Source: Spirochaetaceae bacterium
GTDB lineage: Bacteria > Spirochaetota > Spirochaetia > PWKH01
Length of the DNA stretch: 40,907 nt
Direction of reading: 5' to 3'
Assembly (NCBI GenBank): GCA_003557605.1
Contig: PWNW01000380.1
Coordinates: forward strand, 1 to 40,907
Part shown: positions 26,161 through 35,136 of the stretch, one piece after another
How the letters are laid out: each line of letters starts with the position of its first letter
Numbering within the stretch: the first letter of the stretch is position 1
The notes under the pieces: model-generated
Seen by the model: the letters and a program-made list of their open reading frames with translations, nothing else
The model's database searches: none
What the model was told of the DNA's origin: nothing
Translations under genes and position numbers: made by a program

Positions 26161-27162
26161 TTATTCCCCGTACATATTGTACAGGTACTTAAAGTAGTCC
26201 ATATCGGTGGTGAGAGTCTTCTGGAAATTCGGCAGAGTCCGTCGATATGATTCAATGGTTCTCCAGAATTCAAAGAACTCCCGGTCCTGTTCATATGCTT
26301 CGGCATAAATATTTACTGCACGAGCATCGGCACGACCGCGAATTTCCTCAGCGGTGGCATAGGCTTCCGAAAGGATTCGCCGCTGGTCATTGTCAAGGCG
26401 TCCGAGCCATTCAGATTTCAGTCCCTGCCCAAATGAGCGGTAGGCTTCAGCAATTTGGATCCGTTCTGCGATCATCCTCTGATACACGCTTTCGGTTAGA
26501 TCCTCAGAATACCGAATCTGCCTGATGATAATATCGATCAGCTCTATTCCATATGTTGCAATGACTTCTTTTGCCGAATTATACATTTCAACAGAAAGAT
26601 TTTCTCTTCCTTTGTCAACGCGGTCATAGGTCTGGTCAACTCGGGTGAGCTGACGGAGCTGCTCAGTGCTGATGGATACATCCTCCTGCACCGCTTCAGC
26701 CTCTTCTAGTCCCACAACATCACGTTCTATTTCCATAATCCGGTTGGAGTTCCTCACTGCTTCACGGAGAAAGTTCTCCGAAACAATGGTCCGTACCGAA
26801 GAATCCACCACATCATCCAGCCTGGAGTATCCCTGTTCAATCGAGGTTACTGAAGCATAGAACAGAGCAGGATCGTTGATCCTCCACCGTGCAGTGGTAT
26901 CAACCCAGATGAACTGGTTTTCCCTGGTAGGTATTCTCTGGGCATCTCCGTCCCAGGAGAGTATCTTCGTCGGATACTTGACCACGTTGTCCACCACGGG
27001 CATCTTGAAATGAAGTCCCGTTGCTGTGTTGGTGTTTACGATGGCTCCGAACCGGGTGACCACCGCCTGCTCGCCCTCGCTTACAATATAGAAAGGTCCG
27101 AGCAGCACTATGATGATGATCAGCACAACGATTATTACTGCAGTTGTTATAAGTTTTTTCAT
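26161..27162 (-). CDS. hflC: FtsH protease modulator HflC (SPFH/band-7 family)
   Basis: An N-terminal TM segment is followed by IVSEGEQAVVTRFGAI...GLHFKMPVVDNVVKY. It is the second gene of the pair, and its ATG overlaps the hflK TAA as TAATG. Confidence 0.85.
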   Translation of the reverse strand: MKKLITTAVIIVVLIIIIVLLGPFYIVSEGEQAVVTRFGAIVNTNTATGLHFKMPVVDNVVKYPTKILSWDGDAQRIPTRENQFIWVDTTARWRINDPALFYASVTSIEQGYSRLDDVVDSSVRTIVSENFLREAVRNSNRIMEIERDVVGLEEAEAVQEDVSISTEQLRQLTRVDQTYDRVDKGRENLSVEMYNSAKEVIATYGIELIDIIIRQIRYSEDLTESVYQRMIAERIQIAEAYRSFGQGLKSEWLGRLDNDQRRILSEAYATAEEIRGRADARAVNIYAEAYEQDREFFEFWRTIESYRRTLPNFQKTLTTDMDYFKYLYNMYGE

Positions 27163-28148
27163 TACTGACCACCTCCTTCTGAACGCTGCTGAATTGACTG
27201 GAGGGGCAGGAAGTTATCAAGTTTTTTGTCAATGATGATGGTGCTGTCAATGTTGCTGAACACTTCTTCCATGGTCTCAATATACAGCCGGGTTCTTGTT
27301 ACATCCTCGCTGGTCTTGTAGGCTTCAAGTATGGAGACAAATCTGGCTACATCTCCCCGTGCAGTATTGATCCGCTGAGAAGAGTATCCTTCAGCCTGCT
27401 GAATGAGCTGAGCTGCTTCACCCTGGGCCCTGGGAATAGCACGGTTATACTGCTCCTTTCCTTCATTCACCAGACGGTTCATGTCCTGGATTGCCTTGTT
27501 TACATCCTCAAAGGCATCCTGCACTTCACCCTTGGGCGGTACAATATTTCGCAGTCTCACAGTGGTTATGGTGATCCCCAGTCCGTACTGGTTGAAGGAC
27601 TGCTGCATATCACGCTGGGCCATGAATTCAATATTGGTCCTCTCTGGGCCGATGACGTCAAGGATGGCAAGGTCACCCACCAGCTTGTTCAACACTGACT
27701 GGCTGATGTCCCTGATGGTGGTCTCTTTTTCCCGGACATTGAAGAGCCAGGCCCTTGGATCGCTGATGCGGTACTGGATGATCCATTCCACATCAATGAT
27801 GTTCAGGTCTCCAGTAAGCATAATAGATTCTTCAGGGAAATCCCCAACAGCAAAGGTGCTGGATACTCCGGGACGGTCAGCCCTGAATCCGAAGGTCATG
27901 TTCAGAATCCTCTGTGTGGGAACATTAAAGTTCTGTTCTATCCCCAGGGGAAGCTTGAACTGCAGGCCGGGGCCTACGGTACGATTAAATCTCCCAAGTC
28001 GAAGAACGACTGACTGTTCGGTCTGGTCAACTACAAATAGGCTGGTTCCGGCAATGATTATTATCAGCACGATTGCTGCTGCCAGCCACAAGAGTTTCGG
28101 TGAAATGTTCAGCCGCTGTCCCTTCGGAGAGACATTGCGATCAAGCAT
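27162..28148 (-). CDS. hflK: FtsH protease modulator HflK (SPFH/band-7 family)
   Basis: GAGGAGGAG RBS. An N-terminal TM segment is followed by VVDQTEQSVVLRLGRFNRTVGPGLQFKLPLGIE. It is the first gene of the hflKC pair. Confidence 0.85.
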   Translation of the reverse strand: MLDRNVSPKGQRLNISPKLLWLAAAIVLIIIIAGTSLFVVDQTEQSVVLRLGRFNRTVGPGLQFKLPLGIEQNFNVPTQRILNMTFGFRADRPGVSSTFAVGDFPEESIMLTGDLNIIDVEWIIQYRISDPRAWLFNVREKETTIRDISQSVLNKLVGDLAILDVIGPERTNIEFMAQRDMQQSFNQYGLGITITTVRLRNIVPPKGEVQDAFEDVNKAIQDMNRLVNEGKEQYNRAIPRAQGEAAQLIQQAEGYSSQRINTARGDVARFVSILEAYKTSEDVTRTRLYIETMEEVFSNIDSTIIIDKKLDNFLPLQSIQQRSEGGGQ

Positions 28149-28226
28149 ATCTCCTCCTCATATTTCTATTAGATATCACTTCATACTAATCATTGCAGAG
28201 GTAAGAGTCAAGGAATAAACCGAGTA

Positions 28227-28255
28227 TTGCAAATCACAGGGGATCTCAGTATAGT
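28227..28255 (+). promoter_or_regulatory. Candidate sigma70-type promoter placed so that metG would be leaderless
   Basis: TTGCAA (28227-28232), a 17-nt spacer, then TATAGT (28250-28255). The ATG at 28263 lies only 7 nt downstream, with no Shine-Dalgarno in between. Confidence 0.35.
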
Positions 28256-28262
28256 AAATTTC

Positions 28263-30422
28263 ATGGAAAAGAGACGATTAATCACCTCGGCGCTTCCCTA
28301 TGTCAACAATATACCCCATTTAGGAAACCTGATTCAGGTTCTTTCTGCAGATGTGTTTGCCCGGTTCTGCCGGTCCATGGGATATGAAACCCTGTATGTG
28401 TGCGGTACTGATGAGTACGGTACTGCTACAGAGACCAAAGCTCTTCAGGAAGGAATTTCCCCAAAAGAACTGTGCGATAGGTATTATGAGATTCATCATG
28501 ACATCTACCAATGGTTTGAGATTCAGTTTGATCATTTCGGACGCACATCCCGTCCTGAGCAGACCGAGATTGTTCAGCATATTTTCAAGCAGGTTGATGA
28601 AAACGGATACATCAGTGAAGCGGAAATTGAACAGCCTCACTGCGGCAGCTGCCAGCGTTTCCTTGCCGACCGGTTTGTTCACGGGACCTGCCCTCACTGC
28701 GGCTATCCCGATGCCCGGGGAGATCAGTGTGAAAGCTGCGGAAAGCTGCTTGATCCCATAGAACTTGTCGATTCACGATGCGGAGTATGCGGAAGCGCTC
28801 CGGAGATTCAGAAGACCAGGCACCTGTATTTGAACCTTCCCGCCATTCTTCCCAAACTGGAGGCCTGGATGGGGGAGGCGAGTGTACAGGGATTCTGGGC
28901 CAGAAATGCCCTGCAGATGACGAAAAGCTGGATCCGTGACGGACTGAAACAGCGGTGCATCACCCGTGACCTGAAATGGGGCATCCCAGTACCGAAACCT
29001 GGATTCGAGGGAAAGGTGTTCTATGTATGGTTTGATGCACCCATCGGGTACATCTCAATTACTGCAGATTATACAAAGGAATGGAAGCGGTGGTGGCAAA
29101 GCAATGATGATGTTGAGCTGTTCCAGTTCATCGGAAAGGACAATATCCCCTTTCATACGGTAATTTTTCCTGCCAGCCTGTTAGCCACCGGTGAACCGTG
29201 GACCATGCTTCACCATATGAGTTCCACTGAGTATCTGAACTACGAGGCAGGAAAGTTCTCCAAAAGCAAGGGCATCGGCGTATTTGGGACTGATGTCAGG
29301 GACACCGGCATCCCTGCTGATGTTTGGAGGTTCTACATCTTCTACAATCGCCCCGAGAAGGCTGACTATACCTTTACCTGGAAAGATTTCCAGGAGAAAG
29401 TAAATGGAGAGCTCATCGGAAATATTGCAAACCTGGTGAACCGCACCCTTTCATTCATTACCAGGTTCTATGATGGAAAGATCCCTGAATCTGCTGTTCC
29501 GGATGATGTGGTTGAAACAGTTAGATCCTATGAGCAGTCTGTCACAGCTATGCTTGACCGCGCAGAACTTCGGGATGCCCTGCGAAAGATCTGTGAACTC
29601 AGCAGTTACGGAAACCGTATGTTTCAGGCCGGGGAACCCTGGAAAAAGCGGACTGAAGCGCCCGAAGAGGCCGAAACGCTGCTTGCTTCCCTCTCCCTCA
29701 TTGTCCGAGATCTGGGTATCCTTCTTTCTCCGTATTTGCCGGATGCATCAAGGAGAATCCTTTCGTTTTTCGGCATATCATCGGCTGACTGGAGCACCCT
29801 GGGGGCCTTGCATGATGCAGGAGAGATCAGTGATGTGAACATCCTGTTTTCCAAACTTGACGATGAGCTGATAGAATCTTTAAGAAGCCGGTTTTCCGGA
29901 ACCCAGGAGCAGCGTACCATGACTGAGACAGAACAGAAATTCCACGAAACCGTGGACCTGAGGGCCGCGGTGATCACTTCGGTATCCCGTCATCCCGAGG
30001 CTGACAAGCTCTATGTGGAAGAAATTGATGCTGGTGATGAGAAACGGGTTATTGTATCCGGATTAGTCCCCCATTACCGTGAGGAAGAGCTGCTTGGAAA
30101 GACAATTATTCTTGTGCACAACCTGAAGCCTGCAAAACTTCGTGGAGTGAAAAGTCAGGGAATGCTGCTTGCTGCATCAGCCGGAGAGGGAGATCAGGAG
30201 ATTGTTGATGTCCTCTTTGTTGACGGTGCCGAGCCGGGAACTCGTCTGAACCTGGAAGGAACTGAACCGTACACCGGCGATAAGAAAAAGCTGAAAATTG
30301 ATGAATTTTTCTCCTTGCCCATGACCGTGAAGGACGGCTATGTGATGGTTGACTCACGGAGGTTGATGATTAACGGAGCACCGGTACAGGCCGGCAAGGT
30401 AACTGAGGGCACCGTCGGCTGA
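28263..30422 (+). CDS. metG: Methionyl-tRNA synthetase with C-terminal EMAPII/Trbp111-like tRNA-binding domain
   Basis: MEKRRLITSALPYVNNIPHLGN carries the HIGH-type motif. Zinc knuckles CGSC...CPHCG and CESCG are present, as is KFSKSKG (KMSKS). The C-terminal VDLRAAVITSVSRHPEADKLYVEEID marks the tRNA-binding domain. Confidence 0.92.
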   Translation: MEKRRLITSALPYVNNIPHLGNLIQVLSADVFARFCRSMGYETLYVCGTDEYGTATETKALQEGISPKELCDRYYEIHHDIYQWFEIQFDHFGRTSRPEQTEIVQHIFKQVDENGYISEAEIEQPHCGSCQRFLADRFVHGTCPHCGYPDARGDQCESCGKLLDPIELVDSRCGVCGSAPEIQKTRHLYLNLPAILPKLEAWMGEASVQGFWARNALQMTKSWIRDGLKQRCITRDLKWGIPVPKPGFEGKVFYVWFDAPIGYISITADYTKEWKRWWQSNDDVELFQFIGKDNIPFHTVIFPASLLATGEPWTMLHHMSSTEYLNYEAGKFSKSKGIGVFGTDVRDTGIPADVWRFYIFYNRPEKADYTFTWKDFQEKVNGELIGNIANLVNRTLSFITRFYDGKIPESAVPDDVVETVRSYEQSVTAMLDRAELRDALRKICELSSYGNRMFQAGEPWKKRTEAPEEAETLLASLSLIVRDLGILLSPYLPDASRRILSFFGISSADWSTLGALHDAGEISDVNILFSKLDDELIESLRSRFSGTQEQRTMTETEQKFHETVDLRAAVITSVSRHPEADKLYVEEIDAGDEKRVIVSGLVPHYREEELLGKTIILVHNLKPAKLRGVKSQGMLLAASAGEGDQEIVDVLFVDGAEPGTRLNLEGTEPYTGDKKKLKIDEFFSLPMTVKDGYVMVDSRRLMINGAPVQAGKVTEGTVG

Positions 30423-30425
30423 TAT

Positions 30426-31760
30426 CTAGCAGTGTCCTCTGCCTAGATGCTGTACGGCCTTGAGAAACTGAGTTCCCCGATCAAATTCATGGCGAAAGTG
30501 CTCAAATGAACTTGCACCGGGTGACAGCAGTACCGTACCGCCCAGTTTTCGTGCGGATTCAAATGCGCTTTCCACCGCCTCCTCCATGGTATAAAACGGC
30601 CCGTAATAGGGCAATGCAGCCATGTCCGTAATTTTACGGGTAAAGCTTCCCGCCAGCAGATGTACAGAAGATGCCTTGGGAAATATTTCACCGTACAGTA
30701 CTGCGGAGAGTCCCTTATCTGTTCCGCCGGTGATAAGATGTACCGGCGGGGGTACATGGGATACAGCCCTCAGGACCGACTGGGGCACGGTTGAAGCTGA
30801 GTCATTGATCCATCGAATACCCAAAAACGACCCTGCTTCCTCCATCCTGTGGGGAATCGGAGGAAAGGAAGCAAGTCCTTTTTCAATATGCTTCATGTCG
30901 GCGCCTGAAAGAAATGCGCACAGTACTGCTCCCATTGCGGTGTCTTCATACACCCCGAAAGGAAGGTCCGGTGAATTGAACGAGCATAGCATCTCACCCC
31001 TGCGGTCATATATGCTCCATCTTCCTTCGGATGAACTGATGCCTGAGGCAGCTGCCGAGGGGCCGAAATACCAGGTGTTTTCACTGCGGGTAATCCAGGA
31101 AGGATGAATCCCTGAGGCAGGAAGGATGGAGCTCCCGGTGATGCTTGAAAACAGATATGCCTTGTCCTGGATGTAGCCCTCCATGGAAGCATAGCTGTTC
31201 AGATGATCGGGAAACAGAGATGTCAGCAGCGCTGTGCGGGGCAGCACCGTTCGGCCGAGCATCCTCAGGTCCCTGAGCTGCCAGGAAGAAATTTCCAGTA
31301 CCGCTGGATCAGGAGAATCCTCATCCGCGATGTCAAAAAGTGAAATTCCCATATTTCCTGCAATTGAGGCATTGGGAAACGAGGGAAGCAGCAGATGATG
31401 TACAATAGCTGCTGAGGTAGTTTTCCCCTTTGTGCCGGTAACTGCAGTAATCGGCCGTTTGGTGCGTTCCAGGAACCAGGAAAGGTCTGTCTCAATTTGG
31501 GAACAGTACTGAAGCATAGGATTGTCCCAGGCAACAGCGGTATTCTTAATTACCAGGTCAGCATGCTGAAAGTCCTCCAGGCGATGTGTGCCCAGAACTG
31601 AGGTAATATTTGAAAATTCAGACAGTTTAGAGAGAGATTCCTGCAGAACAGATGCATCTCGCAGATCAGTGACCGTAACTGCATGGCCGCGGGAAGCGAA
31701 ATATCGTGCGGCTGAAACACCTCCGCCGTGGAGTCCCAGGCCGAATATAGTAACATTCAT
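30426..31760 (-). CDS. murD: UDP-N-acetylmuramoylalanine--D-glutamate ligase
   Basis: MNVTIFGLGLHGGGVSAARYF marks the Rossmann-like N-domain and VTGTKGKTT the P-loop. The Mur ligase C-domain is present. ATG 31760 was preferred over the adjacent TTG 31763. Confidence 0.83.
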   Translation of the reverse strand: MNVTIFGLGLHGGGVSAARYFASRGHAVTVTDLRDASVLQESLSKLSEFSNITSVLGTHRLEDFQHADLVIKNTAVAWDNPMLQYCSQIETDLSWFLERTKRPITAVTGTKGKTTSAAIVHHLLLPSFPNASIAGNMGISLFDIADEDSPDPAVLEISSWQLRDLRMLGRTVLPRTALLTSLFPDHLNSYASMEGYIQDKAYLFSSITGSSILPASGIHPSWITRSENTWYFGPSAAASGISSSEGRWSIYDRRGEMLCSFNSPDLPFGVYEDTAMGAVLCAFLSGADMKHIEKGLASFPPIPHRMEEAGSFLGIRWINDSASTVPQSVLRAVSHVPPPVHLITGGTDKGLSAVLYGEIFPKASSVHLLAGSFTRKITDMAALPYYGPFYTMEEAVESAFESARKLGGTVLLSPGASSFEHFRHEFDRGTQFLKAVQHLGRGHC

Positions 31761-31814
31761 CAACCAAGAGTCTATCTCCGGCGGGAAAAAATAGCAAGAA
31801 CGTCGGGCAGTTAC

Positions 31815-31843
31815 TTGACCACATCAGCGTATCACGGCATAAT
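31815..31843 (+). promoter_or_regulatory. Candidate sigma70-type promoter for the 30-codon microgene
   Basis: TTGACC (31815-31820), a 17-nt spacer, then CATAAT (31838-31843). Confidence 0.4.
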
Positions 31844-31874
31844 ACAGCAACAAATCATGGTAAGGAGCAGCCCA

Positions 31875-31967
31875 GTGCCTTGTGGAAGAAAGAGAAAACG
31901 ACATAAAATTGCAACCCATAAACGGAAAAAGAAACTGAGAAAGAACCGGCACAAGAAGAAAAAATAG
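31875..31967 (+). CDS. 30-aa highly basic peptide, bS22-like (AURKAIP1/COX24/mS38-like) putative small ribosomal protein
   Basis: AAGGAG (31862-31867) lies 7 nt before GTG 31875. The product is MPCGRKRKRHKIATHKRKKKLRKNRHKKKK. It has its own promoter-like element upstream and a strong terminator hairpin downstream. Confidence 0.6.
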   Translation: MPCGRKRKRHKIATHKRKKKLRKNRHKKKK

Positions 31968-31998
31968 TCCGATTCGCTTACTATCCCGTTTCTCATAG

Positions 31999-32037
31999 AA
32001 AAGACTGTCCTGCTTAAAGCAGACGACAGTCTTTTTC
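31999..32037. terminator. Bidirectional Rho-independent terminator between the microgene and the convergent UDPGP-family gene
   Basis: AAAAGACTGTC (31999-32009) pairs perfectly with GACAGTCTTTT (32025-32035). There is an inner CTGC/GCAG mini-stem, and T-runs are available on both strands. Confidence 0.7.
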
Positions 32038-32041
32038 GGGT

Positions 32042-33580
32042 TCATATCTCCATTGCTTCCGAAGGAAGCGGGGTCCATTGATCTCCTGACAAATTAAACT
32101 GGTATCTGCTTTTCAATGCCTGGTTCAAAGCTCCATGAAGGTGATGAAAAGACCTGAGGTTCTCATCGTTCCCGGGATGCTCTATCAGAGCAGGGGCCAG
32201 GGAGGTAAGGATTTGTTCAATCAGCAGCTTGGCGGCCATAAACCGCTCATTTTTATTTACCCCGATCACCAAGGGGTTGTCCATAATGCCGATAACCTCC
32301 CAGGTAATCTGCTCAATTTGTGAATACCTTCCTGCATCCTTTTCCTGGTTGCTGATTCTCAGCGGAAGGTTTTCAACGATATCATCAAGGCTGCTGCTGA
32401 GATATGAGAGATTGAACAGACCGGTTGCACAGTTAAACAAAATCTGATGGCCTGAATCTATATGGGACTGCACATTCTTCATGTCGATGCCCGGCCCGAT
32501 ATCCATGCAGTCAAGCTTGCCCTCGCTGTTTTTCACCAGGACCCCGCCTTTAACGTCCACAGGGGTCTTGAAGGAAAACTCAAATGAAGCATCAGAACTT
32601 CTGAGGGCCGTCAGGGCCAGGTGGACAGGATGAAGGGTGTTTCCGAGATTGTCGATATTTCCAAGATAGGCAAACTGTTTCCCTTCCCGGTGAAGTTCCC
32701 GGTAGATATCCTTAAGGACGGAAAAATTTTGGCCGTGTCCAGCCGGGAGGGGCAGGGGGGTATGAGATGTTCCCCAGGCCTGGAGAAACAGGTCAACCGG
32801 TTTTCCCGGTTCATAGTATGTGCATGCTGCAGCAAGGGGCTGCACTGCTGAGCGTACGGAAATATCATCGCACCTGAGTGCTTTGAGCAGGTCCTGGTGA
32901 TGGGGATCTTTTCTCACCGATTCTATTTCTTCATTGAGCAGGTCATGGGTGAATGTACTGGTCATCTGAAACAGCGGAATAATACCGAATTCATGAATGG
33001 TTTTTTTGGGAAACCGCTGCTTCATGAGATTCCTGTATCTGAGGGATTCAATCATCAGTGAGCGAATTTTCAGATACATAAATGAAGGACCTGCAGTTCC
33101 CTTAGGATTGATAAACCCTGGAGAAGAACCCTTTGGTTTATTGGAACATAAGGGTACAATGTTCCTGAAAACCTGCTCTGCCTTGGAAAAAAGCGAATCT
33201 CCGTATGCCCGGTTCTTTTTCGAATCAATGTAGCTGGTTGCTGAACCGCCGTTGAGGATTCCATAGGCAGTAACCGGATAGAGGAGAATCCCCAGCATCC
33301 TCAGGTGTTCAGCATCTATGCAGATTCTTCCTTTGTACTCAGGACATGAAAAATCCCTGCGGGTAAACCCGGGAAGGTATGATTCCAGAAAGGAGTCAAA
33401 ATCCTGTTCTCCCACAGTTACAGCATCCAGGTCTGCAGCAGAAATTACCTGTTCTCCGTCAACCGAAGGGAACTTGGCAAATGTGCTGGTCCGCTGTTTT
33501 CGGGTGTTAAATCCCCTGATCAGCCGCATGGTTTCATCTGGATCAATTCCGTGCTGTTTCAGTAATGTTTCTGTATTCAT
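32042..33580 (-). CDS. UDPGP-family (eukaryotic-type UTP-sugar-1-phosphate uridylyltransferase fold) nucleotidyltransferase, divergent
   Basis: In the 512-aa product, GILNGGSATSY corresponds to LNGGLGTSMG, PLFQMTSTFTHD to LMNSFNT, LPAGHGQNF to PPGHGD, YLGNIDNLG to NxDNLG, and VDVKGGVLV to ADVKGGTLI. Confidence 0.7.
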   Translation of the reverse strand: MNTETLLKQHGIDPDETMRLIRGFNTRKQRTSTFAKFPSVDGEQVISAADLDAVTVGEQDFDSFLESYLPGFTRRDFSCPEYKGRICIDAEHLRMLGILLYPVTAYGILNGGSATSYIDSKKNRAYGDSLFSKAEQVFRNIVPLCSNKPKGSSPGFINPKGTAGPSFMYLKIRSLMIESLRYRNLMKQRFPKKTIHEFGIIPLFQMTSTFTHDLLNEEIESVRKDPHHQDLLKALRCDDISVRSAVQPLAAACTYYEPGKPVDLFLQAWGTSHTPLPLPAGHGQNFSVLKDIYRELHREGKQFAYLGNIDNLGNTLHPVHLALTALRSSDASFEFSFKTPVDVKGGVLVKNSEGKLDCMDIGPGIDMKNVQSHIDSGHQILFNCATGLFNLSYLSSSLDDIVENLPLRISNQEKDAGRYSQIEQITWEVIGIMDNPLVIGVNKNERFMAAKLLIEQILTSLAPALIEHPGNDENLRSFHHLHGALNQALKSRYQFNLSGDQWTPLPSEAMEI

Positions 33581-33629
33581 TGGATTATTTTATTCCATTT
33601 TCCGCCAGGTTGCAATCCTGAGTAAGCAC

Positions 33630-33659
33630 TTGACACATCTGCTGATGACATGGTAGGTT
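33630..33659 (+). promoter_or_regulatory. Candidate sigma70-type promoter of the rpsF operon
   Basis: TTGACA (33630-33635), an 18-nt spacer ending in TG, then TAGGTT (33654-33659). Confidence 0.4.
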
Positions 33660-33715
33660 ACGTTGACCTCTTTATCCGCCGTTGTGCGGATCTTAAAGAC
33701 CGTAAGGAGGCTCTG

Positions 33716-34225
33716 ATGAGAACCTACGAAATGACTGTGATCCTTCGTATTGCCGAAGAGGATTTTACGAAGGGAAAGCAGCAGCTCAATGAGCTGCTGG
33801 AACGCAACGGGGTAACCGTTGAAAAACTTGAGGACCAGGGAAATCGGGTCCTTGCCTACCAGATTAACAAAGAGGAAAAGGGACATTATCTCTATTTTGA
33901 GGTGCGCAGTGATCCGTCTGTGATTATTCAGCTTGAACGTGCACTGAAGCTGATGCAGCCTGTACTGAAGTTCCTTATTGTACGCAAGGATGAGCACCAG
34001 CAGAAAGCTCCAAAGAAATCTGTGAAACCTGCTGCGGAAACGGTGCCTGAACCAGAGGCGCCTGCGGCTGAAGCCGCTGAAGAACCTGCAGCTGAACCTG
34101 AGGAAGGAACTGCAGAAGTCCAGGAAGAGGCACCAGCAGAACCAGTTGAAGAGGCTTCCGTTGAGACTGACGAGTCAGCACCTGAGCAGGATCAGCCGGA
34201 AGAAGAAACGAAGACTGAAGCATAG
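33716..34225 (+). CDS. rpsF: 30S ribosomal protein S6 with long acidic Ala/Pro/Glu-rich C-terminal tail
   Basis: AAGGAGG (33704-33710) precedes ATG 33716. MRTYEMTVILR...NRVLAYQI...GHYLYFEV is the S6 core. It is followed by ~70 aa of PEPEAPAAEAAEEPAAEPEEG... Confidence 0.92.
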   Translation: MRTYEMTVILRIAEEDFTKGKQQLNELLERNGVTVEKLEDQGNRVLAYQINKEEKGHYLYFEVRSDPSVIIQLERALKLMQPVLKFLIVRKDEHQQKAPKKSVKPAAETVPEPEAPAAEAAEEPAAEPEEGTAEVQEEAPAEPVEEASVETDESAPEQDQPEEETKTEA

Positions 34226-34242
34226 CAGAAAGGAGACAGGGT

Positions 34243-34716
34243 ATGGCTGTAAGTGATATGAATAATGTCTTCCTGATCGGCCGTCTGACACGAGATGCTG
34301 AGCTCCGATACACCAATTCAGATGTTCCGGTCTGCAAGTTTTCCATTGCCGTCAATAGAAGAAAGAGGTCAGGCGACAGGTGGGAGACGGAGGCGAATTT
34401 TTTTGATGTGGTGCTGTGGGGCAAACTAGGAACAGCCCTTGAACCGTATCTGGAAAAGGGAAAACAGGTCTGTATTACCGGTGAGCTTCGGCAGAACCGC
34501 TGGGAGCAGAACGGTCAAACCAGAAGCAAAGTGGAGATTGTCGCAACCGATCTGCAGCTTCTTGGAGGGAATCCCCCGGGAGGGAGTCCGCCGGGAGAAC
34601 GGAAAAGCAGTTATTCTCGGCAAGGGAATGCACAGAACACAGAAGATACCTTTGACAGTTCCAATGATACCGACTTCGGAGGACCCGGCGGGTTTGAGGA
34701 TGATATACCATTTTAA
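34243..34716 (+). CDS. ssb: Single-stranded DNA-binding protein
   Basis: [18 protein letters not shown] marks the OB fold and [11 protein letters not shown] is present. A Gly/Pro-rich linker leads to the C-terminal acidic tip EDDIPF. Confidence 0.93.
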   Translation: MAVSDMNNVFLIGRLTRDAELRYTNSDVPVCKFSIAVNRRKRSGDRWETEANFFDVVLWGKLGTALEPYLEKGKQVCITGELRQNRWEQNGQTRSKVEIVATDLQLLGGNPPGGSPPGERKSSYSRQGNAQNTEDTFDSSNDTDFGGPGGFEDDIPF

Positions 34717-34736
34717 CAGGGAGATTATACGTAACT

Positions 34737-35108
34737 ATGAGTGAAGAAATAAAAGATCAACGACCACAGGAGAGAAAGCCCAGGTCCGACAGACCTGCAC
34801 CGTACCGCGGAGGCGGCGGTTATGACAGCCGGGATCGTGATGACGACCGCGGAGACGGACGGGGACGAAGAGGATTTGGCGGCGGCGGCGGCAGAAAACC
34901 GATGTTCAGGAAGAAGGTATGCAGGTTCTGCACCCAGAACCTGAAGGTTGACTACAAGGATGCCGACAGTCTGAGACGGTTTGTTACTGAACGGGGAAAA
35001 ATCCTCCCGAGGCGGATTACCGGCACCTGTGCTAAACATCAGAGGGTTGTTTCACGAGAGATTAAGCGTGCACGAGTATTGGCATATTTGCCCTATGAGA
35101 AAAAATAA
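34737..35108 (+). CDS. rpsR: 30S ribosomal protein S18 with Arg/Gly/Asp-rich N-terminal extension
   Basis: The core is [62 protein letters not shown]. About 55 upstream in-frame codons are open. An alternative internal ATG ([10 protein letters not shown]) cannot be excluded. Confidence 0.88.
   Translation: MSEEIKDQRPQERKPRSDRPAPYRGGGGYDSRDRDDDRGDGRGRRGFGGGGGRKPMFRKKVCRFCTQNLKVDYKDADSLRRFVTERGKILPRRITGTCAKHQRVVSREIKRARVLAYLPYEKK
34878..34892 (+). repeat. (GGC)5 trinucleotide repeat inside rpsR, encoding GGGGG
   Basis: The sequence reads ggcggcggcggcggc. Confidence 0.9.
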
Positions 35109-35136
35109 CCGGCATTGATGCGCAAGGAGCGTCGTA

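Noticed and set aside
27481-28218. A 245-aa plus-strand ORF lies opposite hflK. Similar antisense ORFs occur at 9717..10340, 14531..15136, 14244..14810, 2107..2553 and 35209..35766.
   Set aside because: All lie antisense to genes with clear family motifs. None has a motif, an RBS or independent signals of its own, so I treat them as shadow ORFs.
31728-31874. The microgene might start at ATG 31728 (79 aa) or at ATG 31857.
   Set aside because: The upstream part overlaps the murD 5' end and the promoter-like element. The only good RBS (AAGGAG) is positioned for GTG 31875, and the conserved-looking basic peptide starts there.
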